A stretch of DNA of 64,000 nucleotides from Mobula birostris (Eukaryota): assembly GCF_030028105.1 (NCBI RefSeq), contig NC_092397.1, positions 24,934,630 through 24,998,629 of the forward strand, in the 5' to 3' direction. Below, in pieces: positions 51,414 through 64,000 of the stretch. The notes below the pieces were generated by a model. The model ran no database searches, had not been told where the DNA came from, and saw only the letters and a list, made by a program, of their open reading frames with translations. The position numbers and the translations under genes were made by a program. The first letter of the stretch is position 1. Each line of letters opens with the position of its first letter.

Positions 51414-52185
51414 CTTGTCAATGTGGAGCAGAGAGCGAGTTTGTAACTCCATCAGGAGCAAAGGATGTTGGGAATAGTGAGCGTGGAGCGCCATGGGTGG
51501 GGTGTGGGACAGGTGGAAGCAGAGGAGTGCCAGGGGTGGGGATTTGCTGTAGGTGCAGACACACCCAGCCCTGAGACAACAGGCAAGGACATTTGATGCC
51601 AAACAATTGGTTTATTAATCATTTCAGAATGTCTCGCTGGTGCTTCCTACTCCCTTCCCCTTTCCCAACCATGATTCTCCTCTCCCTGCTCCCTTCCCAC
51701 TCTCAGTCCACAATAGAGACCCATAGGTTTATCACCACTCACATATGCCATGAAATCATTTTTGTTTTTTGCAGCAATATAGCGCAATATATAAAATTAC
51801 TAGAGTACTGTTTGGTGGAAGTCTGTGAAGAATAAGAATTTCAAGTTGTATACTGTATACATCCTCTGATATTAAACTGAACCATTGAACATTTAAAAAC
51901 CATCAAGCACATGGATTAGAGAGGTTTAAAGAGCTATGATCCAAACATGAGCAGATGAGAGTAGATTGCTGTATGACATGGTCAGCATAGACAATTTAGG
52001 CCAAAGGGCCTGACTCTATGACTAACTATGATAACATCATTTCAGCATTGTATCTCTGTTAAGCTGCAAAAAGGAATTTAGTGCTCATTGTCCAGTAGAG
52101 TCCGATTTAACTATTCAGAGGTGAATTGAATAAAGAATCTACAGCATGTTTATAACATTTTTGAAGAAAATCTACTCAGACTCAC

Positions 52186-52230
52186 CCAATGCCAACCACC
52201 ACTGCCATACTAAAGGAAATTCAACCATCA
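52186..52230 (-). CDS. TMEM244: TMEM244-like, 45-nt internal exon
   Basis: TTTCATTTCCAG|..|GTGAGT. Reads (V)MVEFPLVWQWWLAL(G), resembling TMEM244 VMLEFPLTSHWWAALG as I recall it. Confidence 0.85.
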
Positions 52231-52465
52231 CTGGAAATGAAATGAAACCCGAATTTAATGACTTTGCAGTGTTTCACACCTTGACATAAGATTCTTAAAA
52301 CAAGCAAAACAAGGAGGAATTTCTTTAGCCAGAGGATGGTGAATCTTTGGAATTCACTGCCACAGATGGCTGTGGAGGCCAAGTCACTGGGTCTGTTTAA
52401 AGCAGAGGTTGATAAGTTCTTGATTAGTAAGGGCGTTGAAGGTTACGGGGAGAAGGTAGGAGAAT

Positions 52466-52770
52466 GCGGCAGCACGGTAGCATAGTGGCTAGGAAAAGTT
52501 TTACAGTAACATCAACCTGGGTTTAATTCCCGACGCTGCCTGTAAGGAGTTTGTACGTTCCCCCCCATGACCGCGTGGGTTTCCTCCGGGTGCTCTGGTT
52601 TTCTCCCACAGTCCAAAGTTGTACCGATTAGTAGATTAACTGGTCATTGTAAATTGAGCTGTGATTAGACTGGGATTGAATTGGGAGATTGCTGGGTGGC
52701 GCGGTTCGAAGGGCAGGAAAGGCCTACTCCACGCTGTATATCAATAAATAAACAAACAAACAAACACAGA
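52466..52770 (+). mobile_element. V-SINE (HE1-like) inserted in a CR1 3' end (52310-52840)
   Basis: GGCAGCACGGTAGCATAGTGG A-box, GGTTTAATTCCC B-box, V-domain, (AAAT/AAAC)n tail. Confidence 0.85.
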
Positions 52771-53638
52771 TATGAGTAAATAAATAAACGGGATTGAGAG
52801 GGATGATACATCAGCCATGATGGTTTGGCGCAGCAGACTTCTACTTCCAACAAAGTTGGGGTTTTGCTGTCAATAACAAAGATTAAATATTACGTTTTTC
52901 ATTGGGTTCCCTTTTTTCTGAATTAAGGCCCATGAGGAACAGTAATGTGTAGCATTACTGAATACAGAAATTGGTAAATAAATGTTGATCTTATAGTTCT
53001 CATCTTTTCATTCAAATCAAAGAGTAGAGGACGACCATTTACCCGCCACCAGTACCCAGAAGAGCAGCCCGTAGTCCTTTCCCAAACTCCAGGCAATTAT
53101 TTTCCTTTCTGCCTATCCAGTTCCTTTTTGAAAATGGTTTCTTACCACGCTGACAGCTGATGAGTTCAAAATTGTAAGTATTCTGCATGAAATGTTTTTC
53201 CGTCTATCTCCTTCTACACGTGACCTTGAAACCCCCTTCACACGTCCCCCACCCCCATCTGCTTAACCTGACTAGTGACAGACCCGTACATCTCTATCAA
53301 ATCAACTCTCAACCTTCATTGCTTTAAGGAGAATAACCCCAGCTTCTCATGTTTCCTGACTTATTACTCGAGACCATTGATGCAGAAGTACAGCCTTTAC
53401 ACCAAGCCACATGTTGCCACCTCTGTCTGGTTCTGCATAAACCCTGGCAGATATACTTCATAGGCACGTGAACTGATGGAGAATTTCTTGGTCCCCACCT
53501 CAGTGGCCCAGGATATACTAACCAGTGAAACAAAGAACAATTAGAATAATTGACACTGAGGAAAACAATAGTATTTAAAGCCGATATAAAATGACTCTTA
53601 TATTCCAATTCATGATATGATTAAATCGGAGTTCTTAC

Positions 53639-53764
53639 CTGCTGAAGTCAGCAGGATATGGCTGAGTGCAACTGTGAAAGAGTAGTCCCAAACCCTTTCC
53701 TTAACTATAGCTGCAAACAGCAGACAGCTGATGAAATATGTCAGTTCCATTGACAGCAGGTTCA
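53639..53764 (-). CDS. TMEM244: TMEM244-like, 126-nt internal exon; upstream exons not found in the window
   Basis: TTCTTCACTCTCCTAG|..|GTAAGA. Reads NLLSMELTYFISCLLFAAIVKERVWDYSFTVALSHILLTSA, resembling the TMEM244 motif STEVTYF..EEWVWDYAISVTILH. Confidence 0.88.
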
Positions 53765-54629
53765 CTAGGAGAGTGAAGAAAGAAACTTATTGACAAGCAA
53801 CACACATCAAAGTTGCTGGTGAACACGAAGGGAATAAGTTACTTGTAGGTGCTTATTTTGGGACCGTGAAGGTCATATCTTTGATAACGCTCAATAATGC
53901 TTAACTGTATGTTTGCTAATTGCTAATTAAGGAACAGAATGAGGAATTCGAATCTTTGGAGCAGTGGCGTGTCACACAAGTATAACAACGCCGTGAAGTC
54001 GCAGGCTGATAGCAATTGTTTTGTTTTGATTTTGGATCCGTTTTGCCACTACACAAACCTTCCCAGAGCTTGCTTCCCAAAGAAAGAATTCTTTTTAAAT
54101 TTAAATATGGGCATGAGGGTTGTCGATAGGATAAGATTGTTAGGCTACTGATTCCATCGGACACCATTTTTAATACACTAAGAACATTATCATTTCCAAT
54201 CCCCAGCCATTAATGGTGAAGTTACTAAATTTACTAGCCGTTCTTTCTAGTATTTCTTTCAGGAATTTTTGTGTACTAAAAAGCCATTTGTACAATTACT
54301 AAATCATTATGTTCACGACTATTTTGGCATACTAATTAACTGAATAAGCAGCTTTCAATGCCCCAGATAATGAAAGCCAATATTCAATATGGTTTTTGTA
54401 TCGCGATGCTGCCATCTTCCAAGGCTCTTTGGTCTTGCAGACCAAGATCCATCCCTTCCTCGATACTTCCAATGATCGGACTATCCATGGTGCATGTCCC
54501 AGCCTCCTTAATACTCCCAAAACACATCACATTATGTTTATCAGTGATAATATTATCAGCCATTTCTCAAACATGCACACAAAATGTTGGAGGAACTCAG
54601 CAGGTCAGGCAGCATCTATGGAAATAAAA

Positions 54630-56310
54630 GAAGAACATAGAACACAGAAATTTGCAGCACATTACAGGCCCTCGGCCCACAATGTTCTGCCAATCGTGTA
54701 ACCTACTCTACAGACTGCCTCGAATTTTCCTACCACGTAGCCCTCTATTTGTCTAGGCCCTATGTACCTATCTAAGAGTATCTTAAAAGACACTACTATA
54801 TCCGCTTCCACCACCACGACCAGCAGTGCAGTCCACGTACCCACCACTCTATGTGAAAAACTTACCCCTGATGTCCCCTCGGTACCCATTTCCAAGCACC
54901 TTAAAACTATGACCCCTTGTGTTAGCCATTTCATCCCTGGGAAAAAGCCTCTGGCTATCCACACGATCAATGCCCCTCATCATCTTATAGATCTCTATCA
55001 GGTCACCTCTCATCCTCCATCGCTCCAAGCAGAAAAGGCCAAGTACACTCAACCTATTCTCATAAGGTACGCTCTTCAATCCAGGTAACACCCTTGTAAA
55101 TGGCTTCTGCACTCCCTCTAGAGTATCCACGTCCTTCCTGTAGTGAGGTGACCAGAACTGAACACAGTACTCCAATTGGGGTCTGACCAAGGTCTTATAT
55201 AGCTGTAACATTACCTCACGGCTCTTGAACTCAATCCCATGGTTGATGAATGCCAACACACCACACGCCTTCTTAACCACACTGTCAACCCGCGCAGCAG
55301 CTTTGAGTGTCCTATCAACACAGACCCCAAGATCTCTCAGACCCTCCACACTGCCAAGAGTCTTACCATTTATATTATAATCTGTCTTCAAATTGGACCT
55401 AACAAAATGAACCACTTCACACTTATCTGGGTTGAACTCCATCTGCCACTTCTCAGCCCAGTTCTGCATCCCGTTGCTGTCCCGCTGTAATCTCTGACAA
55501 CCCTCCAGACTACCTACAGCACCCCCAACATTTGTGTCATCAGCAAACTTACTAACCCACTTTTCTACTTCTTCATCCAGGTCATTTGTAAAAGTCACAA
55601 AAAGAGGGGTCCCAGAACAGATCCCTGCAGAACCCCGCTGGTCACCGACCTCCATGCAGAATATGAACCATATACAACCACCCTTTGTCTTCTGCTGGCA
55701 AGCCAATTGTGGACTCACAAAGCAGGGTCTCCTTGGATCCCATGCCTCCTTACTTCCTGAAGGAGCCTTGCACGGGGAACCTTTTCAAATGTCTTACTGA
55801 AATCCATATACACTACTTCCCTACTCTACCTTCAAAGTGTTTTATTACATCCTCAAAGAATTCAATCAGGTTCATGAGACACGACCTTCTCTTGACAAAG
55901 CCATGCAGGCTATCCCGAATCAGATTATGTCTCTCCAAATGCTCATAAATCGTACCTTTCATGACCTTCTCCAACAACTTGCACACCACTGAAGTCAGAC
56001 TCACTTGTCTACAATTTCCCGAGTTATCTCTACTCCTTTTCTTGAACAAGGGAACAACATTTGTAACCCTCCAATCCTCCGGTACTTCTCCCGTCCCTAT
56101 TGATGATGCAAAGATCATCACAAGAGGCTCAGCAATCTCCTCCCTCGCTTCTCACAGTAGCCTAGGGTATACCTCATCCGATCCCGGTGACTTATCTAAC
56201 TTGATGCTTTTCAAAAGCTCCAGCACATCCTCTTTCTTTATGTCTATATATTCCCAAGTGTTTCAGTCCACTGTAAGTCATTCCTGCAATTGCCAAGGTC
56301 TTTTTCCCTG
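54630..56310 (-). mobile_element. CR1 LINE RT and 3' end
   Basis: ORFs 55813..56121 and 54849..55718 (KFADDT, WAEKWQMEFNPDKC, LVRPQLEYCVQFWSP); GAACATAGAAC tail. Confidence 0.92.
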
Positions 56311-56314
56311 GTGA

Positions 56315-56825
56315 ATAGGGAAATGCACAATGCCCCAGCCTTAACCCAGTCCACACAGTCTCCTCTCTTCTGTATCCACTACCTACCCCAGTACCTGCAA
56401 CCACTCTTTTGTATTTGATATAAATGCCTCCCTTTCCCCTCCCTGTCCCATCTTTCTTGACACATTTGGTTGATATTTTTTCCCAGATTACACACTTAAC
56501 CTCTGCTTTACTGATACAAATGTGCATTTCTATATTTTCTTTCTTTAACGCCCTCTTTGACAACTCATCCACCCTCTCATTCCCCTTCACCCCTACATGT
56601 GCTGGAACCCATAGAAATTTTACCTGACCTCCCTGATTTGCAATTCTTGTGACTGACTGAAGGGCTTCATAAAGTACACCTTGCTGACTGTTTGAGTGAA
56701 AAGACCTTAAACTTGCTGGAACTGAGGATGAATCTGAGCATATCAACACTTTGACTTGTCTAGCTTTCTCCACCCATCGCAACACAATCAACACTACCAG
56801 CAACTCCACTTTTACAGTTTCAAGA
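56315..56825 (-). mobile_element. I/Nimb-clade LINE RNase H domain fragment
   Basis: VLICSDSSSV..VKFLWVPAHVGVKGNERVDELSKRAL..TGLRLGH. Confidence 0.85.
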
Positions 56826-56827
56826 TA

Positions 56828-58266
56828 ACAAAAAAGGAAAAGGGCCCAAAGCAAAAGTTTGGGCATCCTGCATGGTCAGTACTTAGTAACACCCCCTTTG
56901 GCAAGTATCACAGTTTGTAAACACTTTCTGTAGCCAGCTGAGAGACCTTCAATTCTTGTTTGGGGGATTTTTACCCATTCTTCCTTGCAAAAGGCTTCTA
57001 GTTCTCTGAGAATCTTGGGCCGTCTTGCATGCACTGCTCTTTTCAGGTCTATCCGCAGACTTTCAATGATGTTTAGGTCAGGGGACTTTCAGGGACATGG
57101 CAAAACCTTCAGCTTGCGCCTCTTGTGGTAGTCAATTGTGGATTTTGAGGTGTGTTTAGGATCATTATCCTGTTGTAGAAGCCATCCTCTTTTCATCTTC
57201 AGCTTTCTTACAGATGGTGTGATGTTTGCTTCCAGAATTTGCTGGTATTTAATTGAATTCATTCTTCCCTCTACCAGTGAAATGTTCCCCATGCCACAGG
57301 CTGCAACACAAGTCCAAAGCACGATTGATCCACCCCTGTGCTTAGCAGTTGGAGAGGTGTTCTTTTCACGAAATTCTGCACCCTTTTTCCTCCAAACATA
57401 CCTTTTCTCATTGCGGCCAATAAGTTCTATTTTAGCTTCATCAGGGCTTGTTTCCAAAATGCATCAGACTTGTTTAGATATTCCTTTGCAAACTTCTGAT
57501 CCTGAACTTTGTGGTGAGGACGCAGGAAAGATTTTCTTCTGATGACTCTCCCATGAAGGTCATATTTGTGCAGGTGTCGCTGCACAGTAGAACAGTGCAC
57601 CACCACTCCAGAGTCTGCTAAATCTTCCTGAAGGTCTTTTGCAGTCAAACAGGGGTTTTGATTTGCCTTTCTAGCAATCCTACGAGCAGTTCTCTCGGAA
57701 AGTTTTCTTGGTCTTCCAGACCTCAACTTGACCTCCACCATTCCTGTTAACTGCCATTTCTTAATTACATTACAAACTGAGGAAATGGCTACCTGAAAAC
57801 GCTTTGCTATTTTCTCATAGCCTTCTCCTACTTTGTTGGCATCATTTATTTTAATTTTCAGAGTGCTAGGCAGCTGCTTAGAGGAGCCAATGGCTGCTGA
57901 TTGTTGGGACAAGGTTTGAGGAGTCAGGGTATTTATAAAGCTTTGAAATTTGCATCACCTGGCCTTTCCTCACAATGACTTGTTAGCCGTAGCCCTAACA
58001 AGCTAATTAAGGTCTGAGAACTTGGTAAAAGTTATCGGAGAGCTCAAATCTCTTGGGGTGCCCAAACTTTTGCATGGTGCTCCTTTCCTGTTTTTCACTC
58101 TAAAATTGTACAAAACAAAAATAATACACTAATCTTGCTTAAAATGTTGAAAAGAATGTTTCATCTTTAATTTTATGACTTTTGGAGATCAGTTCATCTA
58201 CTCACTTAACTATTCACAGTTACAGAAATTTTGACCGGGGTGCCCAAACTTTTGCATGCCACTGTA
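56828..58266 (-). mobile_element. Tc1 transposon with IR/DR-type ends, frameshifted, left end truncated
   Basis: GEGYEKIAKRF..RSGRPRKLS and DEAKIEL..KHRGGSIVLW..QQDNDPKHTSK. Direct repeat GGGGTGCCCAAACTTTTGCAT at about 58055 and 58237, with an inverted copy at 56851. Ends CACTG-TA. Confidence 0.92.
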
Positions 58267-58751
58267 ACTGCGACAATAAACGTCTTCTATCCGCCAGATA
58301 ACTGGATACACCATTTTAGTGCAAACCTGTGATTTTTGTTGCTTCTGTATTCACAGCTCTGGTAGACAGCTGATGCATTCAAAGCAGTCCTGATTTATAC
58401 AGAGGGTCTGTCTCCCGAGATACGGTTATACACCTCACTAACTTGCTCAGTTACAGTTGCTTGAACAAACACTTCCATTCAATACCATTGTCTCTGGTGT
58501 AAATATTCGGGCGATTGGAGACAAGTACATCAAAACTTTTTGGCATTACCTCAGCAGTGCCTCTGGTGGAAATCAACCGATAGATTTAATTTCAAAGACT
58601 GAGCTTTGTCACGGAGCAGCTACATTTACAGATTTCATCTTCTGGTTGGCTAATTATTCATCTCTGAACGGAGACCAGCGACACTGACCGATCCCTACCT
58701 CTGTCCCTGCAGTTTCCCATTTTGGACTGTCCTTCAGCTTCTTCCTGGTGA

Positions 58752-58836
58752 TACACACACTCACTCCGTCTCAGTCTCTCACACTCACAGTCTCTCTCAG
58801 TCTCTCTGTCTCACACACAAACACACAAACACACAC
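58752..58836. repeat. Compound CA/CT microsatellite
   Basis: Interrupted (CA)n and (CT)n runs. Confidence 0.8.
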
Positions 58837-59089
58837 GGAACAATTGTACAATTGTGTTTCTATGTTATAGTGACTGTCCTGTTGTGCATTCTATTTATTA
58901 TTAATTACTATAAATTGCACATTGCACATTTAGATGTAGACATAACATAAATATTTTTACTCCTCATGTATATGAAGGATGTAATTCATAAAGCAATACA
59001 ATTCAAAACATACAAACACAAATTCGGACAAATATACACTAGAAAAACAGAGATCAGGATGGAAACGGTCAATGAGCATGTTGCTGATG

Positions 59090-59550
59090 TACAAACACGA
59101 GAAAATCTGCAGATGCTGGAAATCCAAGGCAACACAATGAACTCTGCTGATTCCTCCAGCATTTTGTGTGATGTAGCAGTCTTTAATGGGCATCTCAAAT
59201 CTCATCAAAGGACAAAAGAAATAGAGAAGAAATATTCCAATCTGCAAAGGAAGAGGCAAACCAGGTACAGGAGTAAATACAGTACTCAAAATAGGCAGAT
59301 GAATGGATGCAGGAGATAAAACTGCGTAGATTGTATAAACACGGGAAAATCTGCAAATGCTGGAAATCCAAGTTCCTCCAGCATTTTGTGTGTGATGTTG
59401 CTGATCTAATAGTCTTTAATGAGCACCTCAAATGTCAAAAGAAATTGAGAAATATTTCAGTCGGCAAAATAATGAGCAACACACATAAAAGTTGCTGGTG
59501 AACGCAGCAGGCCGGGCAGCATCTATAGGAAGAGGTACAGTGGACGTTTC
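59090..59550. mobile_element. Cluster of Penelope terminal-repeat fragments
   Basis: AAACACG.GAAAATCTGCA.ATGCTGGAAATCCAAG at about 59093 and 59337. The copy at 59475-59550 ends at CAGTGGACGTTTC. Confidence 0.75.
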
Positions 59551-60660
59551 ACATCCCTGCTCTTGTATTCTCGACCTCTTGAAATGAATGCTAACATTGC
59601 ATTTGCCTTCCTCACCACCAATTCAACCTGCAAGTTGACCTTTAGGGTGTTCTACACAAGCAGTCCCAAGTCCTTTTGCATCTCTGATTTTTGGATTTTC
59701 TCCCCGTATAGAAAATAGTTCGCACATTTATTTCAACTACCGAAGTACATGACCGTGCATTTTCTAACATTATATTTCATTTGCCACTTTCCTGCCCATT
59801 CTCCTAATTTGTCCAAGTCCTTCTGCATCCTACCTGCTTACTCAACACTACCTGCCCCTCCGCCAATCTTTGTATCATCTGCAGACTTGGCAACAAGGCC
59901 ATCTATTTCACCATCTAAATCATGAGGTACAGCATAAAAAGAATTGGTCCCAACACCGACCCCTGCGGATCATCACTAGTCACTGGCAGCCAACCTGACA
60001 AGGATACTATACTCCCACTAGCTGCATGCCTGTTCTTACCAGATGATTTTACAACTCGTTCTTTATTAATGCTTCCCTTATCTTACACACAATACACATC
60101 AAGCTTACTGGTCCATAGTTACAAGGGTCAGCGCAGTCACCCTTCTTACATACCAGTAAAATGTTAACCCATTTCAAGACCTTCAGGATTTTACCAATCT
60201 TAAGAGAATTTTGAATAATTCTTGTTAGGCCTTTGTATTTTCAATGATAGACTAATTTAAGTACCCTTGGATATATGTTGTCTGACACTGAGATTTATTA
60301 ACTTTCAGCCTTTTCACTTTCTAAGATCTCAGAGTCACTTTAAGCAACTTTATTTTTCTCTACACTTACTGGCATATTGCTAGCATCTTTGCAGGTGAAC
60401 ACTTCAGCAAAATAAGAGTTGAGAGTATCCGCTATGTCCTTCTCTGCATAATTTAATACCCCACTGTTATTCCAAATACAATTAGCTTCCCACTTGACGT
60501 TTCTTTTACAACTAAAATATTGACAAAGTCTCTTGGGGTTCAATGTTATCATTATCAGGAATATCCTTCTCAAGCTGCCTTTGGCAATCACAATTTCCCA
60601 CTTGACTATAGCTCTCATATTTGCATATGCCCTGTGGTTAAAATGTATTACAGGGGTACT
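59551..60660 (-). mobile_element. Degenerate CR1/L2-group LINE fragments
   Basis: PQGSVLGP-like and SADDTK remnants at 59870-59980; ADTLNSYFAEVFT in ORF 60340..60795. Confidence 0.7.
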
Positions 60661-61874
60661 ATTTTTTTCAGTATTCCATATATAGATGTCACCCATGTAC
60701 ACAAGGAACAGTGTCCTACACCCAATGCCTGCACCATCCAGCTCGCCTTTGGACTCTGGAAGGAAACTGATGTGGTCACCTTCTATTTGCTCCATGCAAC
60801 ACTTGGCCTGTGGGCCTGATCTCCGTGATCTTCAATGTCAAGAACGTGGCAGTTTTTAAGCGAGGTTCTCAGACAGTCAGCCTGAGTCCACTAACACTTT
60901 TTGGAAACTTTTGCCTGTACCTGATTCTATGAATTTCTTGAAGTTCAAAACGAGACGAAGGAACCCTGGTTATTCCCCTGTGGCAGGGAAAGTAAAAGTC
61001 AGGCAGTGTGGTAGTGACAGGAGACTCAGTACTTAGTGGAGACAGGCAGTTGATGCTGTGACAGCAAAATAAACACAAGGATGGTGTGTTGTCTCCCTGG
61101 TGCTGGGGTCCAGGGTGTAGAGGTGTGGCTGTAGGATATTGTCAAGAGGAAGTGTGAAAAGCCAGAGGTCCTGTTGCAAATTGGCACCAATGTCATTGTC
61201 AAAAACTGAGAAGAGATCCTACATACTGAGTGTATCGAATTAGGAAAGAGGCCTCTTTCCTTCTGTCACGCATGTACACAAAGATCAGTATCTTGTGGCC
61301 AGTGAACACACCATCTATCTTGCCTTTGGTCTCTGGAAGGAAACCAGTGCGGTCTGCAATAAGGTATAATTGCAGTTCCACTCAGAGCTCCTCCCCAGAC
61401 CCAGGACAGCACACAATGGCAATACCGCAATTTGTGAGTGTAATCACACTTACAGCAAAATATTCCCAACCGGCTACAATTTGACAACTGCACTGGTCCT
61501 GGAATCGCTGAGATTTGCTCCCGGAATCAGGCACTGGCTCTCGCTGCTTCTCATCCCAGACCGAACTTCGCAATCTGACCGTGAACTTGGGCTCTGACTC
61601 TGCAGGACGTAACTGTCATTGATATGGCCCTCACCATATCCACAGTAACTGCACTATCTTAGATCGCCACTTCCTTCTGTCTCCCATGTACACAAAGGAC
61701 AGTATATTGCGGCCAGTGAATGCACCATCCAACTCGCCTTTGGTCTCTGGAAGGAAACCGATGCAGTCACTGACTATTCGCCAGTCAGCACTGGTCCATG
61801 AACAATTTTGGTAACTTTTGCCTGTACGTGATTCAATAAATTTCTTAAAGTTAAAAATGAGATGAAGAAACCCT

Positions 61875-63570
61875 GGTGGTTCCCCTGTGGCAGGGAAAGG
61901 TCAAGTCATGCAGTGCATTAGTGATTGGGAACTTGATAGTTAGTGGTACAAATAGGAGATACTGTGCACACAACAGAGACTCCAGGATGCTGTGTTGCCT
62001 CCCGGGTGCTTGGGTCAAGATCTATCAGGGTGTCTGCAGAATATTCTCAAGGGGAAGGGTGAGCGGCCAGAGCTCATTGTGCATATTGACGCTAATGTCA
62101 TTGCCAAAAACGGGGATGAGCTTCTACAGACTGAGCATATAGAGACAGGAAATGGTGTGAAGAGAAGGACCTCCAAGGTAGTAATTTCTGGATTACTCCC
62201 GGTGCCATGGGCAAGTGTAGCTAGGAACAGAATTACAGCATAATTGAATGATTGATTGAGGAGATGGTGCAGGGGGCAGGGTTTCACGCTCGGATCAATG
62301 GAAACTTTTACTGGGCAAGGACTGATCTGTAGAACAGGGACAGGTTGCACCTGAACTGGAAGGGAACTAATATGCTGGCCGGGAGTTTTGCTAATGCTAC
62401 TCAGAGGGTTTAAACTAGTTTTGCAGGGGGCTGGGAATTGGAACCCCAGGTCAGTAAGTGAAGGATTAGAACCGAAGGTAGATATCAGTGAAAGTATGGC
62501 CAGGCAAAATCAAATTAACAGGTATTATGAGACATATCATTTCAATGGTGTGTATTTGAATGTCAGGAATATTATGGACAAAGGTGATTAACATAGAACA
62601 TAGATCAGTACATGGATCTACAATGTTGTGGCCATTACAGAGACTTTGTTGAGAGATGGGCAGGGATGCACAATTAATCTACCAGGCTTTTGAAGTTTTT
62701 GAAAAGATAGAGAAGGAGGTAAAAGAGGTGTGAGTTGGGCTACCAGTCGGGGACAATATTACAGCTGCACTCAGGAGAGATCTAGTAGAGGGTTCAGACG
62801 CTGAGTGCATTTGGGTAGAACTCAAGAACAGGAAGGGAGCAATCAAACTAATGGGATTGTACTACTACCTAGTGTTGGGTAATGAGTCTATTCAGGTGGC
62901 TGCCCCCTCAGTGGGTGAGCAGTTAGCTGACAGGGACCACAACTCTCTCACTTTTAAGATAGTTATAGATAAGGATGGGGTATTTTTTAATCAGAGAAGG
63001 GAAAATTACGAGGGTATTATGCAGGGACTCAGAACGGTTAATTGGAAATAACTTTTCTTCTGGAAAATCCCTATCAGACATGGGTAGAGTGTATAAAGAT
63101 CAATTGCACAGAGTACAGGAAAGGTATATTCCTTTTAGGGGGAAGGACAGGGATGGAAAGAGAAGGGAAACTTGGGTGCCCACAGAAGTGATAAATTTAG
63201 TCAAGAAGAAAAAGGAAAAGTATGTCAAATTTTGGAAGTTAGGATCAAATGGAGTAGATGAAGGCTATACAGAATCCAGAAAAGAACTAAAAAAGGAAAT
63301 TTATGAAAACAAGAGGGGCCATGAGAAGTCAATGGCAAGTAGAATTAAGGTGAATGCCAAGGTACGCTGTACATACATCAAGATAAGAAGATAACTTGGG
63401 AGAGGGGAGGACACCTCAAGGATAAAAAGAGAATCAATTGCTTGGATGTGCAGGATATGAGTGAAATACATCATAAGTACTTTGCTTCAGTATTTACCAA
63501 TGGGGAAAGATTTAGACTCGGCGACAATGTTGCATGCATAAATATGTTAGGGAGTTTGGAGGGCAAGGAG
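61875..63570 (+). mobile_element. Degenerate CR1 (ORF1 esterase to ORF2 endonuclease)
   Basis: ALVIGNLIV..CCLPGAWV, KVVISGLLPVP, LVLGNE..DRDHN, KRGHEKSMASRIK. Confidence 0.8.
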
Positions 63571-63574
63571 GTAG

Positions 63575-64000
63575 ATCCCTGTCTCAGAGGCCAATGTTAA
63601 GCTGCCTTTAAAGAGAGTGAACTCTCGCAAGGTGGAATGTCCCGATGGCGTACCTTCTAAGGCACTGAAAACCTGTACCAACTAACTGGCGGGGTATTCA
63701 AGGGCATTTTCAACCTGTCACTGCTATGGGCAGATGCTTCCACTCGTTTCAGAAAAGCAACAATTATACGAGTGCCTAAGAAGAATAATGTGAGCTGCCT
63801 TAATGACTATGGTCTGGTAGCACTTACATCTACAGTGATGAAATCCTTTGAGAGGTTGGTGATGACACGACTGAACTCCTGACTCAGCAAGATCCTGGAC
63901 CCATTGCAATTTGCCTATCGCCACAAGTGTTCAACAGCAGATGCAATCTCAGTGGCTCGTCACACGGATTAACACCACCTGGACAGCACAAACACCGATG
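63575..64000 (+). mobile_element. Rex1/Babar RT fragment running off the window
   Basis: SCLNDYGLVALTSTVMKSFERLV..LDPLQFAYR..TADAIS. Confidence 0.85.

Noticed and set aside
53828-53885. PSRSQNKHL on the minus strand, faintly like the missing upstream TMEM244 exon
   Set aside because: An in-frame stop lies immediately upstream, there is no FDFK-like motif, and the splice context is poor.

Overview
Eukaryotic, repeat-rich vertebrate DNA. The repeat families (CR1 with CATAGAAA tails, V-SINEs, Penelope terminal repeats) suggest a cartilaginous fish, probably a ray; this is inference. The left 26 kb holds a dispersed replication-dependent histone cluster: the 3' end of an H3.2-type gene (+), a divergent Cys-containing H1 (-), H2A (-), two H2B (-) and H4 (-). 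All six carry a 3' stem-loop. The region also has two orphaned histone promoters lacking their coding sequence and a decayed C2H2 zinc-finger gene. At about 40 kb there is a CpG-rich promoter with a first-exon-like splice donor. At 51-54 kb lie the last three coding exons of a TMEM244-like gene (-). The rest is mostly decayed transposons: CR1, Rex1/Babar and I/Nimb LINEs, Penelope-like elements, Tc1, hAT, Gypsy LTRs and SINEs. The most notable signal is a dispersed family of short Penelope-derived repeats carrying a minimal type I hammerhead ribozyme motif, some arranged as fold-back palindromes; no single copy here has a fully intact core. All calls were made by eye, and transposon boundaries are approximate.
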